In this document: positions 1 to 15,400 of the stretch, piece by piece | How the letters are laid out: each line of letters begins with the position of its first letter | Numbering within the stretch: the stretch's first letter is position 1 | Source: Octopus vulgaris | Taxonomy: Eukaryota | DNA length: 62,000 nucleotides | Assembly (NCBI GenBank): GCA_951406725.2 | Contig: OX597817.1 | Coordinates: 87,998,001 to 88,060,000, forward strand | Direction: 5' to 3' | The notes under the pieces: generated by a model | Database searches by the model: none | Told to the model about the DNA's origin: nothing | What the model saw: the letters and a program-made list of their open reading frames with translations, nothing else | Program-made: the position numbers and the translations under genes

Positions 1-59
1 ACATTTTAACAATATCCAAAAAAGCTTCTTCTGGGCAAATTCTGAAGTCTACATCTGGA

Positions 60-350
60 TTAAGGGTTACTTGTGCATACTTGGATTGTACCAAAATCTT
101 TGACAAGGTTAACTACAGAATATCATGTTAAACATTGAATAATAGTTGGCATCTGTTTTATGCAAAACCAAAGTTAAATTGTAATGGCCAACAGATCCCT
201 ATCAGCAAGTCTGTAGAAATAAGCAGAGTGCAACATGGTACTTTTATGAGGCCTGTTTTGTTCTTGTTGTCAGACAGGGTTAAAAGTATACATTCAACCA
301 GACTGAGCAGTTATGCTAAACAACACTAAAATGCTGCTACAGATCAAGAC
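60..350 (+). mobile_element. Decayed LINE reverse-transcriptase remnant (CR1/jockey-like)
   Basis: AYLDCTKIFDKV and VQHGTFMRPVLFLL...LSSYA resemble the RT motifs FLDxxKAFDKV, GVPQG and FADD. Confidence 0.55.
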
Positions 351-488
351 AAATGATTATATCTACAAATGCCAACAAGATCTAGATGCCATATACAACT
401 GAGCAAATGCAATAACCACACAGTCCTGTCTGTACCCAAAGAAGTAATTATATAAAATTGATATTGCTACAATGGATTAAAAACTGAC

Positions 489-655
489 CTGGTGGCTAGA
501 CAGTTGTGATGCTGAAGGGGCAGAAATGTTTGATAACTGCTGTAGTTGATAATCTTCATCAAAACTTCCAGGTGTTGCACATTCAGTAACATATGGGAAA
601 GCAGTCTCACTGAATATTTGCCAACATTTCACATGTAGTCGACCTTTTGATGAAA
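489..655 (-). CDS. EPG5: EPG5 exon w32
   Basis: ttatag|[14 protein letters not shown]...SQLSSHQ|gtcagt; 167 nt. Confidence 0.87.
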
Positions 656-3600
656 CTATAATAAAAGACATGAGAAGAGATTACAAGATTTGCATGTATG
701 TGTATATATAAGTGTGTGTATGTAATATAGATAAATATGTTTATATGTTTGTGTATAATATAAATACATATATTTATGTATGTGTTTGAGTATAATATAG
801 ATACATATATTAACACATGCATATGTGTGTCTGTGTGTATAATATAAATAGATATATTTATATGAGTGTATGTTTAATACATATATTTATGCAAGTATTA
901 GTGTGCATCTGTTTGTATGTATATGTCCAAAAATATTAGCACTGAAACTCATACCAAAAACAAAATTCTGAAACATGAATATAATCCACTCTCTGTTCTC
1001 CCTTAATGGAACCAATTATATATTTAACACTGTAACTAAAGTTTTATCAAACAAATCACAAATTACAAATAAATTCAAACTTTGCTTTGGCAAATGTAAT
1101 CACAATATCTAGGGACCCACCTGTCCCTAGATATGTTTCTCCAGATATGATAGTGTTTCTGGATGTTGAATTAAATATAAGCCTCCGCTTTAAACCTAGC
1201 TATGGATCTAATTACTGGTATCTGAGGTATGTACAAGTGAACTGACCAACTAAATAAGCCATTAGAATTGATCACAAGATCAAAACTGTTATTGATAGGG
1301 TTTTTAAAAAATATTTTGCTATGCCTTAATATACGACAGTCAGGAATAGGAGCAGGTTCTCTAGAAATGTAACATGCAACAGACTAGCTTCTTAATCAAG
1401 AGGAGCTGTGTTTTCTATATCTCTGCAAAGATAAGGAAAGGCCCCATGATTTGTAGGGAATTGTTGAAGAAAGAAATGGTGATGTTTCAATCCCAATTTG
1501 TGTTTTCCCATAGATAAAGAGGAAAGAAAATAGAAAAATACTTAATGTATGTTAACTAGAAATGAAATATAGAAAGTGAACACTGAATTTAATAATATTC
1601 CAAACTTACTGTGGCAGTTTACATAAAACGCACACAATAAGTAGTAGTAGCATAGGCAAAAAAGTGAAGAAGAGTTCAGGATTGAGCATATGGATTCATT
1701 AATAATATATTATAATAATTTTGTAAGAAAACACTGTTGTATAATTTATATTTCTGATGGCTAATGTAATTTGCTGAATAATGTACACTACAACATACAA
1801 GCCTGTCTAATTACTGTAATATCCAAGCACAAAACTGGAAGTAGCTCACATATAACTTCTGTATTTATTAAATGATGCTTATCATCCATTGGATTGAATA
1901 CTTTTTTGCCAACACACACACAGATACATATATATTGCTGAATACTCTACACTGAATACATAAATAAGCCAAGTCGATGATACATTAAACTATCACCCCA
2001 TATTATGCAAGTATGGGTATGTTATCATTATATTCCCTAGTAAGGCACTTTACAATATTTATCTAAGGTTACTTAAACTGTATGGAACATCCAAGGAAAA
2101 AAGTTTGTGATAGACTACCTGGAGAAGATTCACCTTGCATTGGCTTAGAGTTTATAGAAATTAAAGTCAAGCATTGACCCTAATAATCTCTTGTACACTC
2201 AGTTTTTAGAAAGGTAAACAGAAACAGGAAAAGATATTAGTAATAACAGATTAGAGGAAAAGGGTGAAAACAGCAAAGACTGACCTTTCAGAAGCATGGA
2301 AAGTATTTGAGAAAGGTAGTAGTGGAAACAAGAATTCAGTACTTTGTGTAAGTGTGTACAGAACAGCTGCAAACAGAGAAATATAATATATTCAATAAGA
2401 AGTGAGTGAAAAGTAGACATGTTCCTGAAATATAATTTCTTTTTTAACAATTGTATTTTAGTACAATATTAGCACTGATTTAAACTGAGAAAATGGACTG
2501 AAAATTAAGCAGGATGTCTTTTTCTCAGCTTATTAAAAGTTGCTTGCTTTTACAAAATGTAATTCCATGCTCAACTGTCCTTCTGTTTGATTGGCAGGAT
2601 CGTTAGGGCACTGGACAAAATGTCCTAAAGTATTTAGTTATAGGCTTTCAAATCCCACTGAATCAGTTTCATTCTTCTTCAGTTAATAAAGTATCAGTCA
2701 ATTACTGGAGTTGATTTCTATAATATATCTAATGCATTAATGGAATTATAATAGAAAACTAAGACTTTGACTTATGCATTAAAGTTAGTTCAAATAATTA
2801 TATACTTCCTACAAAATTGGCCAGAAGAATTCCTTAATAAACAGTGGGACATCTTTTACTTGGTCCTTGGTATTAGAACCTGCTGAAGATCAGAAAACCT
2901 AACACAAACAGGATTATATCAACTTTTGTTTCATCAAATTTCCAGAGGGTGGATAGCTATTTTTTCAAATATAACGCTGTATGATGGCTCTGTAAGTTTA
3001 TATTTTATCCTTTTCTAAGCTCCTTAATGTTATACTAGAAAGAAAGTCATTTGGCAATGCACTTGTACTTCTCTGCCTAATAATGCAATACTACCACTTT
3101 TGCACTATTCTAGATTGCTTGGTAACAGAGAACAATGGCATATTCCTTAAAAAAAGTTGTCAGGGAAACAATGGGTTACATTTTAAGGAAAATGTTCCTT
3201 CCTTTACACTGTGACTAACTTTAACATTCCGCTCTTCACTAGGAAAATTTTGTACCAGCTATACAGACAATTGAATTGACACTGTCTTAACTGTGGACAT
3301 GGTCTTCTCTCAAATTCCACAGGAAATCAATGAACCATTCTGGGTCTATTGAAAAGAGTTCTACTGGTGATTGCAACAATTGATGCATGGAAGAATGCAA
3401 TCTCCACAGGATTTGGGTTCACAGATGGATATTCTGTTGATGATTGTCACAATGACACACTGACAAGTCAGATTCAACAATCATACAAGCAGCAGCAGTC
3501 CAGTATCACTCCAGTGATTGGAGCAGAAATCATAGCTCTATCACAAAGACTAACCAGAGACAAGAAAGAAAAGTAACAGCCATCAATAAACACATAAAGC

Positions 3601-6600
3601 AAGCTAATGAACAGGCACAAGCAAGAAACCATGTTTACAAGGTAGAGCTAACAGGTACCACAAGATACCTCACTTGATACTCTTATAATTACAAGGTATC
3701 TCTAATAATTAAAGGTACCTCAAACAGATACCACATGGTACTTTGTTCAATGCTCTAACAATTCTACCCTTTACTTATGACAGGCAAAGTTGACCTTGGC
3801 AAGATTTGAACACAAAACACTGAGAGTCAGAATAGATATCACAAGGTATTCTATTTGACACTCTCATGACTGTCAACAGACTGCCCTGTACAATTAAATC
3901 ATTAATAATTAGAGATTAATATGCGTTATTAGATCAATTCATTAGAGATAAATTGCATTTTATCCAATGCCCTAATGATTCTACTAATTTGCTGCTCTAA
4001 CCAAATTATTAATAATGAGAGATAAACATGCATTATCAAATTAGTAAATCAGATATGATTTAAGACAAGAAAAACAAATTCAAAAAATGTAATTTATAAG
4101 ATGTAAAAGAACTCTACCTACTTTGTTTAAATAATAGCTACTTTTAATGAAGGAAATGAGCTCTATAAATTTAAATGTGTATATCTAGGATGTTGTGATG
4201 TTCATATCTGAACATAAGTTCCATAAGTGAAGTGAAATGACATCATTACAAACTGAGAATTGAATCTCGGTATCAGCCTCTTGTTTTTTCAAAAGCTCAC
4301 GACATCCCTGTTGAAATACTGAAGTATTCTCAATGAAAGTACTTAGTTATAGAGTTTAGTTTCAACAATGAAAGGAATGAAAATAACGTTAGTTTTGTAA
4401 CACTCACCTCAAAAAGGATCAGTTCCCTTGACATTGGTTCTGCTCCACAGCTGATAAAAGCTGTTGATAATACGTCGATAAGTTTTACAACTTCGGGATG
4501 TGGGAGGTTGAGTTTCTCTAACCAAATACACACATCGAACTAAGAAAGAAACAACAGACACAAATCATAGAAAATATAATCTAAAAGGACTGATGGAAAA
4601 TATAAAAAGAATTACAGATAAATTAATGCTAAATATATTTTGTCTCACAATGCAACTGAAATTAAGGCAGAGTTCTACATAATATTTATACCTTAACATA
4701 TGGGACATCAATATGAGGGAGTGCTGAAAAGTTCCTAGCTTTGGGTAAAAGGAAATACAGGAGGATCAGTTAATTATGGTTTTAGTCAACATATTCCCCT
4801 CTCAGATTCACACACTTATTGCAGCAGTCCTTCAGTTTTTCTAAGCCCTGTAAAAGATCTCGGAAGGTTGGGCCTCCAATGAGATCTTTTACAATACCCT
4901 TAAAGTCAGAAGCTTTCAGCACTCCCTTGTATATTTCTCAAACTGAGGTTCACTTAATCATTCCCAGTCTTATAATTAATTGTAATTTTAGCCCCAATAT
5001 TCCTCTACAACATACAAGGGAATAAATTCAGATCTCTTGCTTGTTATAATGTTCTTGACTCTAAACAAGGGACACAATGGCTAATTGAGAAACTCAAACT
5101 TTATTCCTACTTCATGGTTAGTAATGAGAAGGAAAATCTTCTCCTTCCTAATAACTAATGTAGTAAGAGCAGGATTTGTTAATTAATAAAAAATATTACT
5201 TCATCCATGTAGGAAAAATTGATATAAAACTGTAATATATTAATGACTGGGCTGGGGAGGATGAACAAATGGACAGCATATATTTAAGTGAGGGAAGGGG
5301 CTAATATAATGTAAAGAGGTAAAGAATGTTTTGAAGAGGGGAAAAAAATTAGCTAAATGGAATACTATCGCAAGGGAAACAACTCTAATGTTCAAATTAA
5401 AGATTGAATGAAGATATCCAGTGGGGAGAAGGAATATGATATTTAGTAAATATGATAACTATTGACGTTTTAGTCAAATTAAACCTCTTCAATAAATCAT
5501 GATCTAAGCAATAATTACCTAAACCTAAACTGAGGAAATGTATTGACATTTGAGAGGAAATTATTCACCAAGTAGGCAAATTAAAATAATCCTTTCTACT
5601 TATAGGCACAAGGCCTGAAATCTTTGGGGAGCGGTTGATATAATCAACCCCAGTGCTCAACTGGTGTATATTTTATCAACCCTGAAGGAATGAAAGGCAG
5701 AGTCGACCTTGGTGAAATTTGAACTTGGGATGTAAAGAGCTGGAAGAAATGCTGCAAAGCATTTTTGCCCAACATGGTCACCACCTTAGAATAATTTAAA
5801 ATGATAAGATAGATGCCATCTAGAAGAAAAGCATTTAGTTCATAAGAAGGAGCTTAAGAACTAAAAAAATATGCTGGCAATCATTCATTGTCAAGGAAGT
5901 GAACTCAATATGAAATATGTATAGCTTTTGTTTTTGAGACAATTTTTATCTAGAATAACGTTATTCAGCCTATCTTTCCTTTTATTAAATCGGCAAGGTG
6001 TGACTTGAGGGAGATTTGGTTGCTATTTTCGGTAGGCTGACCAACAATATACAAACTAACTTACTGGTTCACAATTTTTAAGTTCGTTAGTTAGATATCT
6101 CTGGTAAGTTTAGATAAAGCAGTAATTAGTAAAAGAATAATAGATTAAATAGTTAATGATAATATGTAAAATATTTGTAGCATAATGAATTTTAAAAAAT
6201 CAATTAATTAATTTTAGTTGAAACCATTCTACCTCTGAATGATTGTCAAAGGCAGTGGTTCTCAACCATTTTTGGCCTATGGACCCCTTTGATTCCTATT
6301 TTACTCAAGTGCGTTCTCATAACCATTTGATGTATATAAAAAAGTCCTACTGTATTTCAATAATTAAATAAAATTAGAAATTGTATTAAAAAAAATTTTA
6401 ATATTTTGTGTATCGTAGAAGCGTATTCAATTTATTGCAGATAAGTTTTAATAATAAAATCTTATATACCCCTCAAGGGCTATATGGACTCCCAAGGCCA
6501 ATATGGATCCCCAAGGGCCATATGAACCCTGAAGGGCCATATGGACCCTGTTTGAGAACCACTGGTCTAAGGGTAAAACTTGAATGTTTACTCAGAAAGA

Positions 6601-9600
6601 AATCTATAAATGCTCGAACTGCCATTTTAAAATGTAATTCTAAAGACTTACCTTTGATAGCAGCATGAAAGCCATATCTATTTGACATGAACGAAGGACA
6701 ATCAGTTTTTCATACATAGCCAAAAAGCAGCCTGGATTCAGATTGGGTAAGAAGTGAGGAGACATTAAACCTGCAAGGTCAGGATGGTCAAGCACAAAAT
6801 TCAACAGAACAGGGCTTTGGTCAGGCATTTTCTGAACAAATTCCTGCAAGGGAACAAGACATTAAAACATTAAGAATAATTCTGTATTAAATCAATGTAA
6901 ATAATACTGAAACAGTAAAATAGACAAAATGGAATAAGCAGAACAAGGGGAGACATGTGGGATAGAGAATTGCAGAAGAGGTCATAGGATGTGTGATGAA
7001 AGAACTTTGACAAAGAAACTAAAATAATAATAATAAAGCTGAAGTGAAGACCAAATATATATTATGTGTGTTTAATTGGCAAAATATGATCATCCACAAA
7101 TATAACTCTACTTCAACACACAACTTCACAAAAAGTAAAATATTTAATTAATAAAAATTTTTAGCAAAAACAGTTACTGTTTGAAGACAAAAACTTAGAG
7201 AGAAAATCTCTCACGACAAATAATGTGCAGCAATTGTGGCTATTAAGGAGTATAAATCTAGCTTCTAATACTGTATTATTTGCTTAAATAGATAGTTATT
7301 TTGTTTGTATTTAACTAACCAACACAAAAACCCTTTGCATTTCAATGTGTACCATTGAAACAGAGCATTCATCCTCATTCATTTAATGTCTGCTTTCCAA
7401 ACTGGCATGGGTTTGACGGTTTGACTGGAACAAGTAAGCTGGAGAGCTGCATCAGGTTCCAGTCTGACTTGGCATGGTTTCTATGGTAGGATGTCCTTCC
7501 TAACACCAACCATGCCAAGAGTGTAATGGGTGCTTCTTACATGCCACCAGCACATGCTTCAATATCCAAATTCATAAAAACAATCCAACCTACTCCAAAA
7601 AGGAGGAAAATATATAAATATATCTCAAAATTCCTCACAGTAAAATTGTGCTTGGTGAGAACTAGTTGAGTATGTTCAATGATTGGAAGAGTTAAGGTGA
7701 AAGTAAAGCCAAATATTTCGAGTAATAAATTACCAATATTATTTGATGACTAATATTATTTTTTAATAATGAGTACAGGAGATATATCCTGACATTTTAC
7801 TCTTGTTTAGGGTTATCTGAGGCAAGAATAATCCCAACAGAGCTGCCAAATTGAATGACTGTATATAGCAATGTTAAGAGATCAAAGCCACTCTGCCTTG
7901 TCTTTCCTCACTGAGCCCACATATCCAAGTCATTCTTCTGATTCCATATCTATGTGATTCTCCTGGTCCTATTTCAAAGTGATTCTCTTGGACAGAAGAT
8001 GATGGAGGGAGAGGTGGGAAGGAAGAAAGGAAAGAAATATGAAAGATGAAAAGCAAAGAAATATGTGAGATGATGACGATGATGTCAATTCTAAAAATTT
8101 CTCGCTTTGGCAAAAAAACAGCAATTTTGTTAAGTTGGTGACTTAGATCTACAGAATCAGCTACAACTGGGATTGAACTCAGAATGTAAAGAAACAATAC
8201 TGAATATTGAAAGATAGTTAGCCAAGCATGCTACTATGTCTGTGTTTCAACTTTAACTCTATAGCAATGATTATGGTAGCAAAATTGATTATTAAAATAT
8301 AAGGGATTATGATCGATATGTAACAGTGGCTAACAGAATTGGTAGAACTTTAGACTGAATATCTTCTGGTAATTGCTTATATCCTTTTAAATTCTGAATC
8401 AGAGCTCTTCTTTGCAAGGTTGACAAAATGAAATTCCTATCATTTTGTCGATGGAAGTGCATGGCTTAGTGGTTAGGGTATTGTAATCATGACAGTAAGA
8501 TTGTGATTTCGATTCATGGACCATGCAATGTGTTGTGTTCTTGAGCAAAATACTTTATTTCATGTTGCTCCAGTTCACTCAGCTGGCAAAAATTAGTAAT
8601 TCTGTGATAAATTGGTGTCCCATTCAGGAGGATGTTGTGGTCTCAGTCACTTAAATGCTAAGGCAACTGGGTAACCAGTAACCCCAAATCTATATGACTC
8701 AAGAAGGACTTTATCCTTTTTTTTTATCCTTTATTTGTAGGGCTGATATAATCAACTGTATCCTTGAATTAATATAATTGACTCTACCCTAGAAGACAGT
8801 GCCCAATGATTGAAACATCATCCTCTAACATCCATTTTCCATGCTGGCATGAGCTGGGTAGCTTGAACACAGCTGGCAAGCAGGAGAGCTGCACCAGGTT
8901 CCAGTCTGATGTGGCTTGGTTTCAATGGTTGGATGCCCTTCCTAATGCCAATCGCTTTACAGAGTGTGCTGGGTGCATTTTACATGGCACCAGCAAACTT
9001 ATAAAAGAATAAAAGAAAAGTTTCTCTCAATTATTCCATTTCATTCTGACTTACCTGCCCAAGAATATCAAGACAAGAAGCAAAAAACTGTCGGGTTGGT
9101 GGGTAAAAATTGGTTTCATTAGTAACCATATTAGCAAGGTAATAAAAGATGGCGCAACCAATGCTTTGTAGATGCTCAATCTTGTCTACATCTGTCCGTG
9201 CTCGGGTCAACTTAATCAGTGTACTGAAAATAGAAAAAATATAATGTTGAGCAACACTGTAGCAATATGAATATACTGGCATAACACTATAACAATATAA
9301 ATATACAGAAGTATATATAACAATATAAATATACAGAAGTATGTATAACATCATATAGTAATATATTTACAGCAGTAATATATTTACTGCAGTAATATAT
9401 TTACTGCAGTATAACAAAATAGCAATATATTTATATAACACTATAGGAATCTAAATATAGCAGTATAATATAGCAAATAGCAGGTACAACTTCTAAGTCA
9501 TAATGTGGAAACAATTAATTAAGTCTAGTCTAGTAGTGGTCAGCCCTTGGACAGGTCCTGTGCATGTGAATCATCTCCAGCACTCTCTATATAACCTGGG

Positions 9601-12388
9601 AGGGCCTGTATGCTTCCCTGCCACCATTAAGTAGATTACTGGGATTTTGGTTACCCTAACTGGACTTGGGATGAACACTGGAGTGGTTTCCTATTGGCTT
9701 CTCCAAGTGGGTGGGATCGAACTCAGAATGTAGAGAGCCAGAAGATGAACCATAAAGCATTTCTGCCAACGTGCCAACAATTCTGCCACTCTCCCACTTG
9801 AAAAGCAATGTGAAGTGAGGGGTTTTGCTCAAGAACACAACACACTGCCCTGTCTGCAAATTGAACCCATGATCTAACAATCATGAGTGCAACCCCTAAC
9901 TATTAGAGCATGTGGCTTTAATTAAGTGTTTGAAGTTTTAACACTTTAGCATTTAAACCAGCTATATCTGACCTAAATATTCTGCCTGTTTTATGTCCAA
10001 AGTGGCCAAATCTTACCTCTCACGTTTTTCCTACAATGTCATTGAAAAAATATATTATCATATCATTGAAATCTTGAGATAATACATGATTAATTCAAAA
10101 CAATGTGAAACATAACATCTGACATAGTAACTTGACTACTAAAGGGTTAACAGTGTTCTGATTCCTTACCTCTACTGACAGCCCACCTACTACTCTCACC
10201 ACTACCACCATTACCAGAAATTTCTTTATTGAACCATGGCTTTATTTCAACACACTTATCTGACTTATGTAAGTACAGAAAAGGGAACATTACAAAAACA
10301 AGTAACCTCTAAGTACTATCATCATGATGACACCCTTTTATTTTTGTGGCTTGTACCTATAATACACCATATAGTTTAACATTATGCCTAATTTTCATCA
10401 GTTTTGTTTTAAATCACATTATCCAATGCATCCTTCCCTTTTATACAGAAAGATGTGATTTGAGAAAGACTTGGTTTCTATTTCTAGCAGACCAAATAAA
10501 TGTCCTACAATCTTGTTGATAATTATAATGTGAACTCATTTCAAGTCTCTGACAGATATAAAAGAAGGAAAATTATTCTGAATTGAAACCAAGATATTAG
10601 TACACTCAACAGCAATACCACTCAAGGTAATAAACCAGGTTGATACACCCTACTGCACTTATCACTATTTATGAAGTTTATAATTTACCAGGAAAAGTTT
10701 TTCTTTCAAATGTTTCGCTTTTGATTTATAAATGCTCTCCAAAACATTAAGACTTCAAAATTGTGTTTATATTTCCATTTTGGTTGTTATGGTTCAAATA
10801 TCATTCTTTGCATAAGTCATCAACTTACGTGATAATGTTTTCCACATGAACTGCAGCAACACAAACTTTTTGAGGAGGAGGAAGTAAACCTTCTTGTACT
10901 AAAACTTGTTGTTGGCCTTCTATATCATTAAGTTTCTGTTGTATATCGGCGTTTAGAGTTTTTTCACATACCTATAAGATGTGCAGAATGAAGAAAGATG
11001 ATAAATAACAATCACATTTTTAACATCTATCATATAAAGAAGTTGCAGTTTTAATTAAAAGAAAAGAAATATATAAAAATTTACATTCTGGGTTCAGTCC
11101 CACTGCATGGCACCTGGGTCAAGTGTCTTCTGCTATAGTCTCACACTGACCAAAGCCTTACGAGTGGATTTGGTAGACAGAAACTGAAAAAAGCCCTCTC
11201 TCTCTCTCTCTGTATCTCTCTCTTTGTGTTTGTCCCCTACCACCACTTGCCAGCTGGTGTTGGTGTGTTTATACTCTTGTAACTTAGGAGTTTGGCAAAA
11301 GAGATCAATAGAATAAGTACCAGGCTCAAAAAAAAAAAATATTACTGGGTCAATTCTTCAAAGCTGTGTCCTAGCATGGCCGCAGTCTAATGACTGAAAC
11401 AAGTAAAAGATAAAAGATAAGAGATAGAGGAGAGATATAAATGTAGATTCTTTCTCCTGTGGTCAATTCAGATATTGACAGTTTGTCGCTCTTGGACTCT
11501 AAACCATTCTAAACTTAGCTGTATTAGGAATTTACAGTTCTCAGATAATTTCTTTTTCTATTTTGCAATTGGTGATCAATAGTAACATCAGCTACAGGTT
11601 TCCCATGAACCAAATACCAATTGCCTACATTTCTGAATCAAATTGACAAGGGAAGTGTCTTAAATGGTACAAAGGATTCCACTGAAAGTGCACCAGCTTT
11701 CACTGATGTCACTTTGCAAATATATCAGCTAAAGATATAAACATATGAACACACACGCATGCGTGTGCATATACACAGACTGGTGAATGCTTGCGTTTAC
11801 TTAAAAATAAAATGGATTTAATACACAAAGCTGAGTTTACATATTTTATGAGAGTTTGAAGTTTCTTGATATATTACTCTGAATTTTACATTGAGAATCA
11901 TATAAACATCATGACAATATGTAAACAAAAAACAAATTGTAAATACATAAAAATAAAATAAATTGTTGACATTTGATTGTTTACCAAATTACCACCAGAA
12001 ATTATATCATACATTCATCAATTCAACATGGAATATGTTATACTTATCTGGTCACATGCAAACATATTTTCATGTCTTCAGTATTACTGCCAAAAGTCAT
12101 CTCTACAGATTTTCTTTAAAAATTATAGCAAGCACTGATTCAGGCTATAATTTCTTTAGAAAATCTGTAGAGATGACCTTAACATGTGATTTAAGCGCAC
12201 TGCTAACACAGTAGTACATGGTATTGACTTTTTGCAGCATATCATGCTTGCATAATGAAATACCATATGCCTACAACTCATTAATAAGTCTTCAGTATTG
12301 TAGGTATAAAATACATTTAATACATGTCTTTAATATTTTATATACAAAACACATAAAAGCAAGGAAGGTAGCTATGGTTAATAGATCA

Positions 12389-12428
<40 letters not shown>

Positions 12429-15400
12429 GGGTTGGACAAAATAATGTAAACGTCTTAAAGTTTCAAACAAATTTAGCAGTAATTATAGCTTGAACTCTAC
12501 GAGGTATGGACTCATACAAAGTTTTAATTGCTTCCAAAGAAATTTTTGTTCATTCTTCAGCTAAAGCAGTCTCCAGTTCTTGTAGTGATGATGGTGGAGG
12601 ATATTGACTCCTTACTTGTTTTTCTAAAATGAACCATAAATGTTCAATAATATTGAGATCTGGGGACTGTGGTGGCCAGATAAGATGTTCAAATTTGCTA
12701 GAATGTTCCTCATGCCATTCAGTAACAATTTTAGCTGCGTGAATTGGTGCATTATTATCCTGAAAGATTGCGTTTCCCTCCAGAAACAGTTCCGCAAGCA
12801 TAGGATGAATTTGATCAGATAAAATGTTTAGTCTTGACTATTAATTCTGCCATGAAGGGAAACCACTGGGCCAGCAGATATCCAAGATATAGCCCCCCAG
12901 ATCATCACAGATCCTCCTCCATGTTTAACAGTTGGAAGAATGCAGTCTGAGTCAAATCCTTCTTTTGGCAGTCTCCACACTTATACTCGGTCAGTGGTCG
13001 GAAATAAGGTAAAGGATGACTCGTCTAAGAAAATAACATTCTTCCACTGCTCTAGGGACCAATTCTGTAGGTTTTTACTCCACTCTAAATGCTTTGCAAT
13101 GTTTGTTTTTGAAAGTAGTGGTTTTCTGATTGCAGCCCTCCTGTGAAATCCGGCTTTGTGCAGCTCCCAGTGAACAGTTTTTCTGGAAACTGGGTTCTCA
13201 AGGTGGTCATTAAGCTCTGCAGTAATTTGGGGAGCTGTACATTTGTGATCCTTTCTAACAATTCACGTAAGAATCTAACAGTCCTTATCTGAAAGTTTTG
13301 GTTTTCTTCCGGAGTTTTGTTTCAATGAGGAGGTTTTTCCCTCTTTCTCAAAGGTTATCATTACTTTTGAGACAGTACTTCTTGATACACCTAACATTTC
13401 AGCTGTTTTCATTATGCTAACACCAACAATTTGACCTCTTTGAAAGTCTGATAGATCTGTCATTTTAATGAATTCTAATTACCTTTTTCTGGTAATATCT
13501 GAAAAGAAACAGCAATTTTAGCAAAACATATTAAGCAACACTAATAATAAATCAAAAAACATAAAAATAAACAAGCTTTTGGTGGTTTTATAGATATTTC
13601 AAAATTATGATGCTATGTGTTTCCGGTATTTTGTCCAACCCCTGTAGCATGCCTATTAAAGTGCACAACATATAACATTTGAGTTAGAACTCCATATGTT
13701 CATTTCACTCCAAAACAGATGTGTAAGAACAAAATTTGTGTCATTCCACAGATAATTTAATGTGATATGTTTCACCACTATGTCTCACCACATTTTTTTA
13801 TCATCTAGTACATAACAAGAGAAATTACTATCAGAACTAATAGAGCATCAGATAAAATACCTTGCTGCATTTAGTTGCCAACCTTTACAATCTGAGTTCA
13901 AATCCTGCCTAAGCTCATAATAAACTTTGTCTTTCAATATTCCAGGGGTAAAAAATAAAGTATCAATCAAGTATAATCAATTGTTTAACCCCTCAAAAAT
14001 TGTAGCCTTCTCCCTCTGAAATTCATATATAGTGCTTGCTTCAACTAATTATACTCCTATGCAGAAGATTCATGCAATTTGAAGGAATACTATTTAACTA
14101 CTACTACAACTACTACTACTACTATTACTATTACAGTCAGTATGAGGCTCAATAATCGAGGTCGGTGAATCTGTGAAGAGAGAGAAAAAAAGAAAATCAT
14201 GTTGAATAGTGATAGAAGTTGAGCAGAATATGAGAGGATATAAACAATATGTCAACCATAAGAGAAAGTGCTGCAGAGTAACATGCATACAAAATGCACA
14301 ATGCAACAATGAATTATATCTAAATACTTACTCTTACAGATGTTGTGATTGAACCAGAACACTTGTGGGTAAAGTTGATAGTACTCCTGCATTCTAGTGT
14401 TACTGGGACCTATCAACAATTGAAAGATTTAATGTTAATGAATTTGATTTATACAACAGCAATAGTTCAGAAACAGACCAAATGTTTTTAACATTAAATA
14501 AAATAATATGCTTAAATAAAACAAATATGCCAATACCAACAACACCAGCACTTTAACAGGCATATTATAAATATGTGTGTGTGTGTGAGTGTGTGTGTGT
14601 GTGTGTTTGTTTTGATATTCAGTTATAATAAAAACAATAATTTTACATTAATGTGATGGGTTACTCTATACTTTTGTAGAGTATTAATTTTTACTCTTAC
14701 ACAAGAATATTGTTGACTGTAACTTTGAAGTTTCAGCCAATTTGTATACACATAAACATTAAATAGGTACATTATAAACACACACACTACCATCACCATC
14801 CTCCTCCTCATCATCATCATTTAGTGTCTATTGTCCATACTGGCATAGGTTGGATGGTTTGACCAGGACTAGCAAGCTAAGGGACTTCACCCTCCAGTCT
14901 GATTTGGCATAGTTTCTACAGCAGGATACTCTTCTTAATGCCAACCACTCCAAGAGTGTAACAGGTGCTTTTACATGCCACTGGCACAGATACCATTTGC
15001 GTGACAACAGTATCTGCCATGATTGCGATTTCATTTGGCTTGATGGGTCTTCTTCTCAAGCATGGCATATTGCAAAAAGTCTCAGTCATATGTCATTGCC
15101 TCCGTGAGGCCCAACATTCAAAAGGTGCTTTTTACATACCACTTGCACAGGTACAAGCTACACAACACTGGCATCAGACATTGCCTCTGTGAGGCTCAAC
15201 ACTCAATAGGTACTTTTTATGTGCTGCCAGATGCATCCATGAGGCCCAACGCATGATAGAGTTTATTAAGACAGATTTCCTATGGTCAAACGGCCTTCCT
15301 GTCACCAACTGTTGCTTGTTTCCAAACAAGGTAGTATTTGCCCATTTGCAGAATATTGGAAATTAATGATACTCATTTACAACAAGAATGTGATGTGAAG

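Noticed and set aside
8453-8530. tRNA-like sequences at SINE heads as tRNA genes
   Set aside because: There is no complete cloverleaf and each continues into a SINE body.
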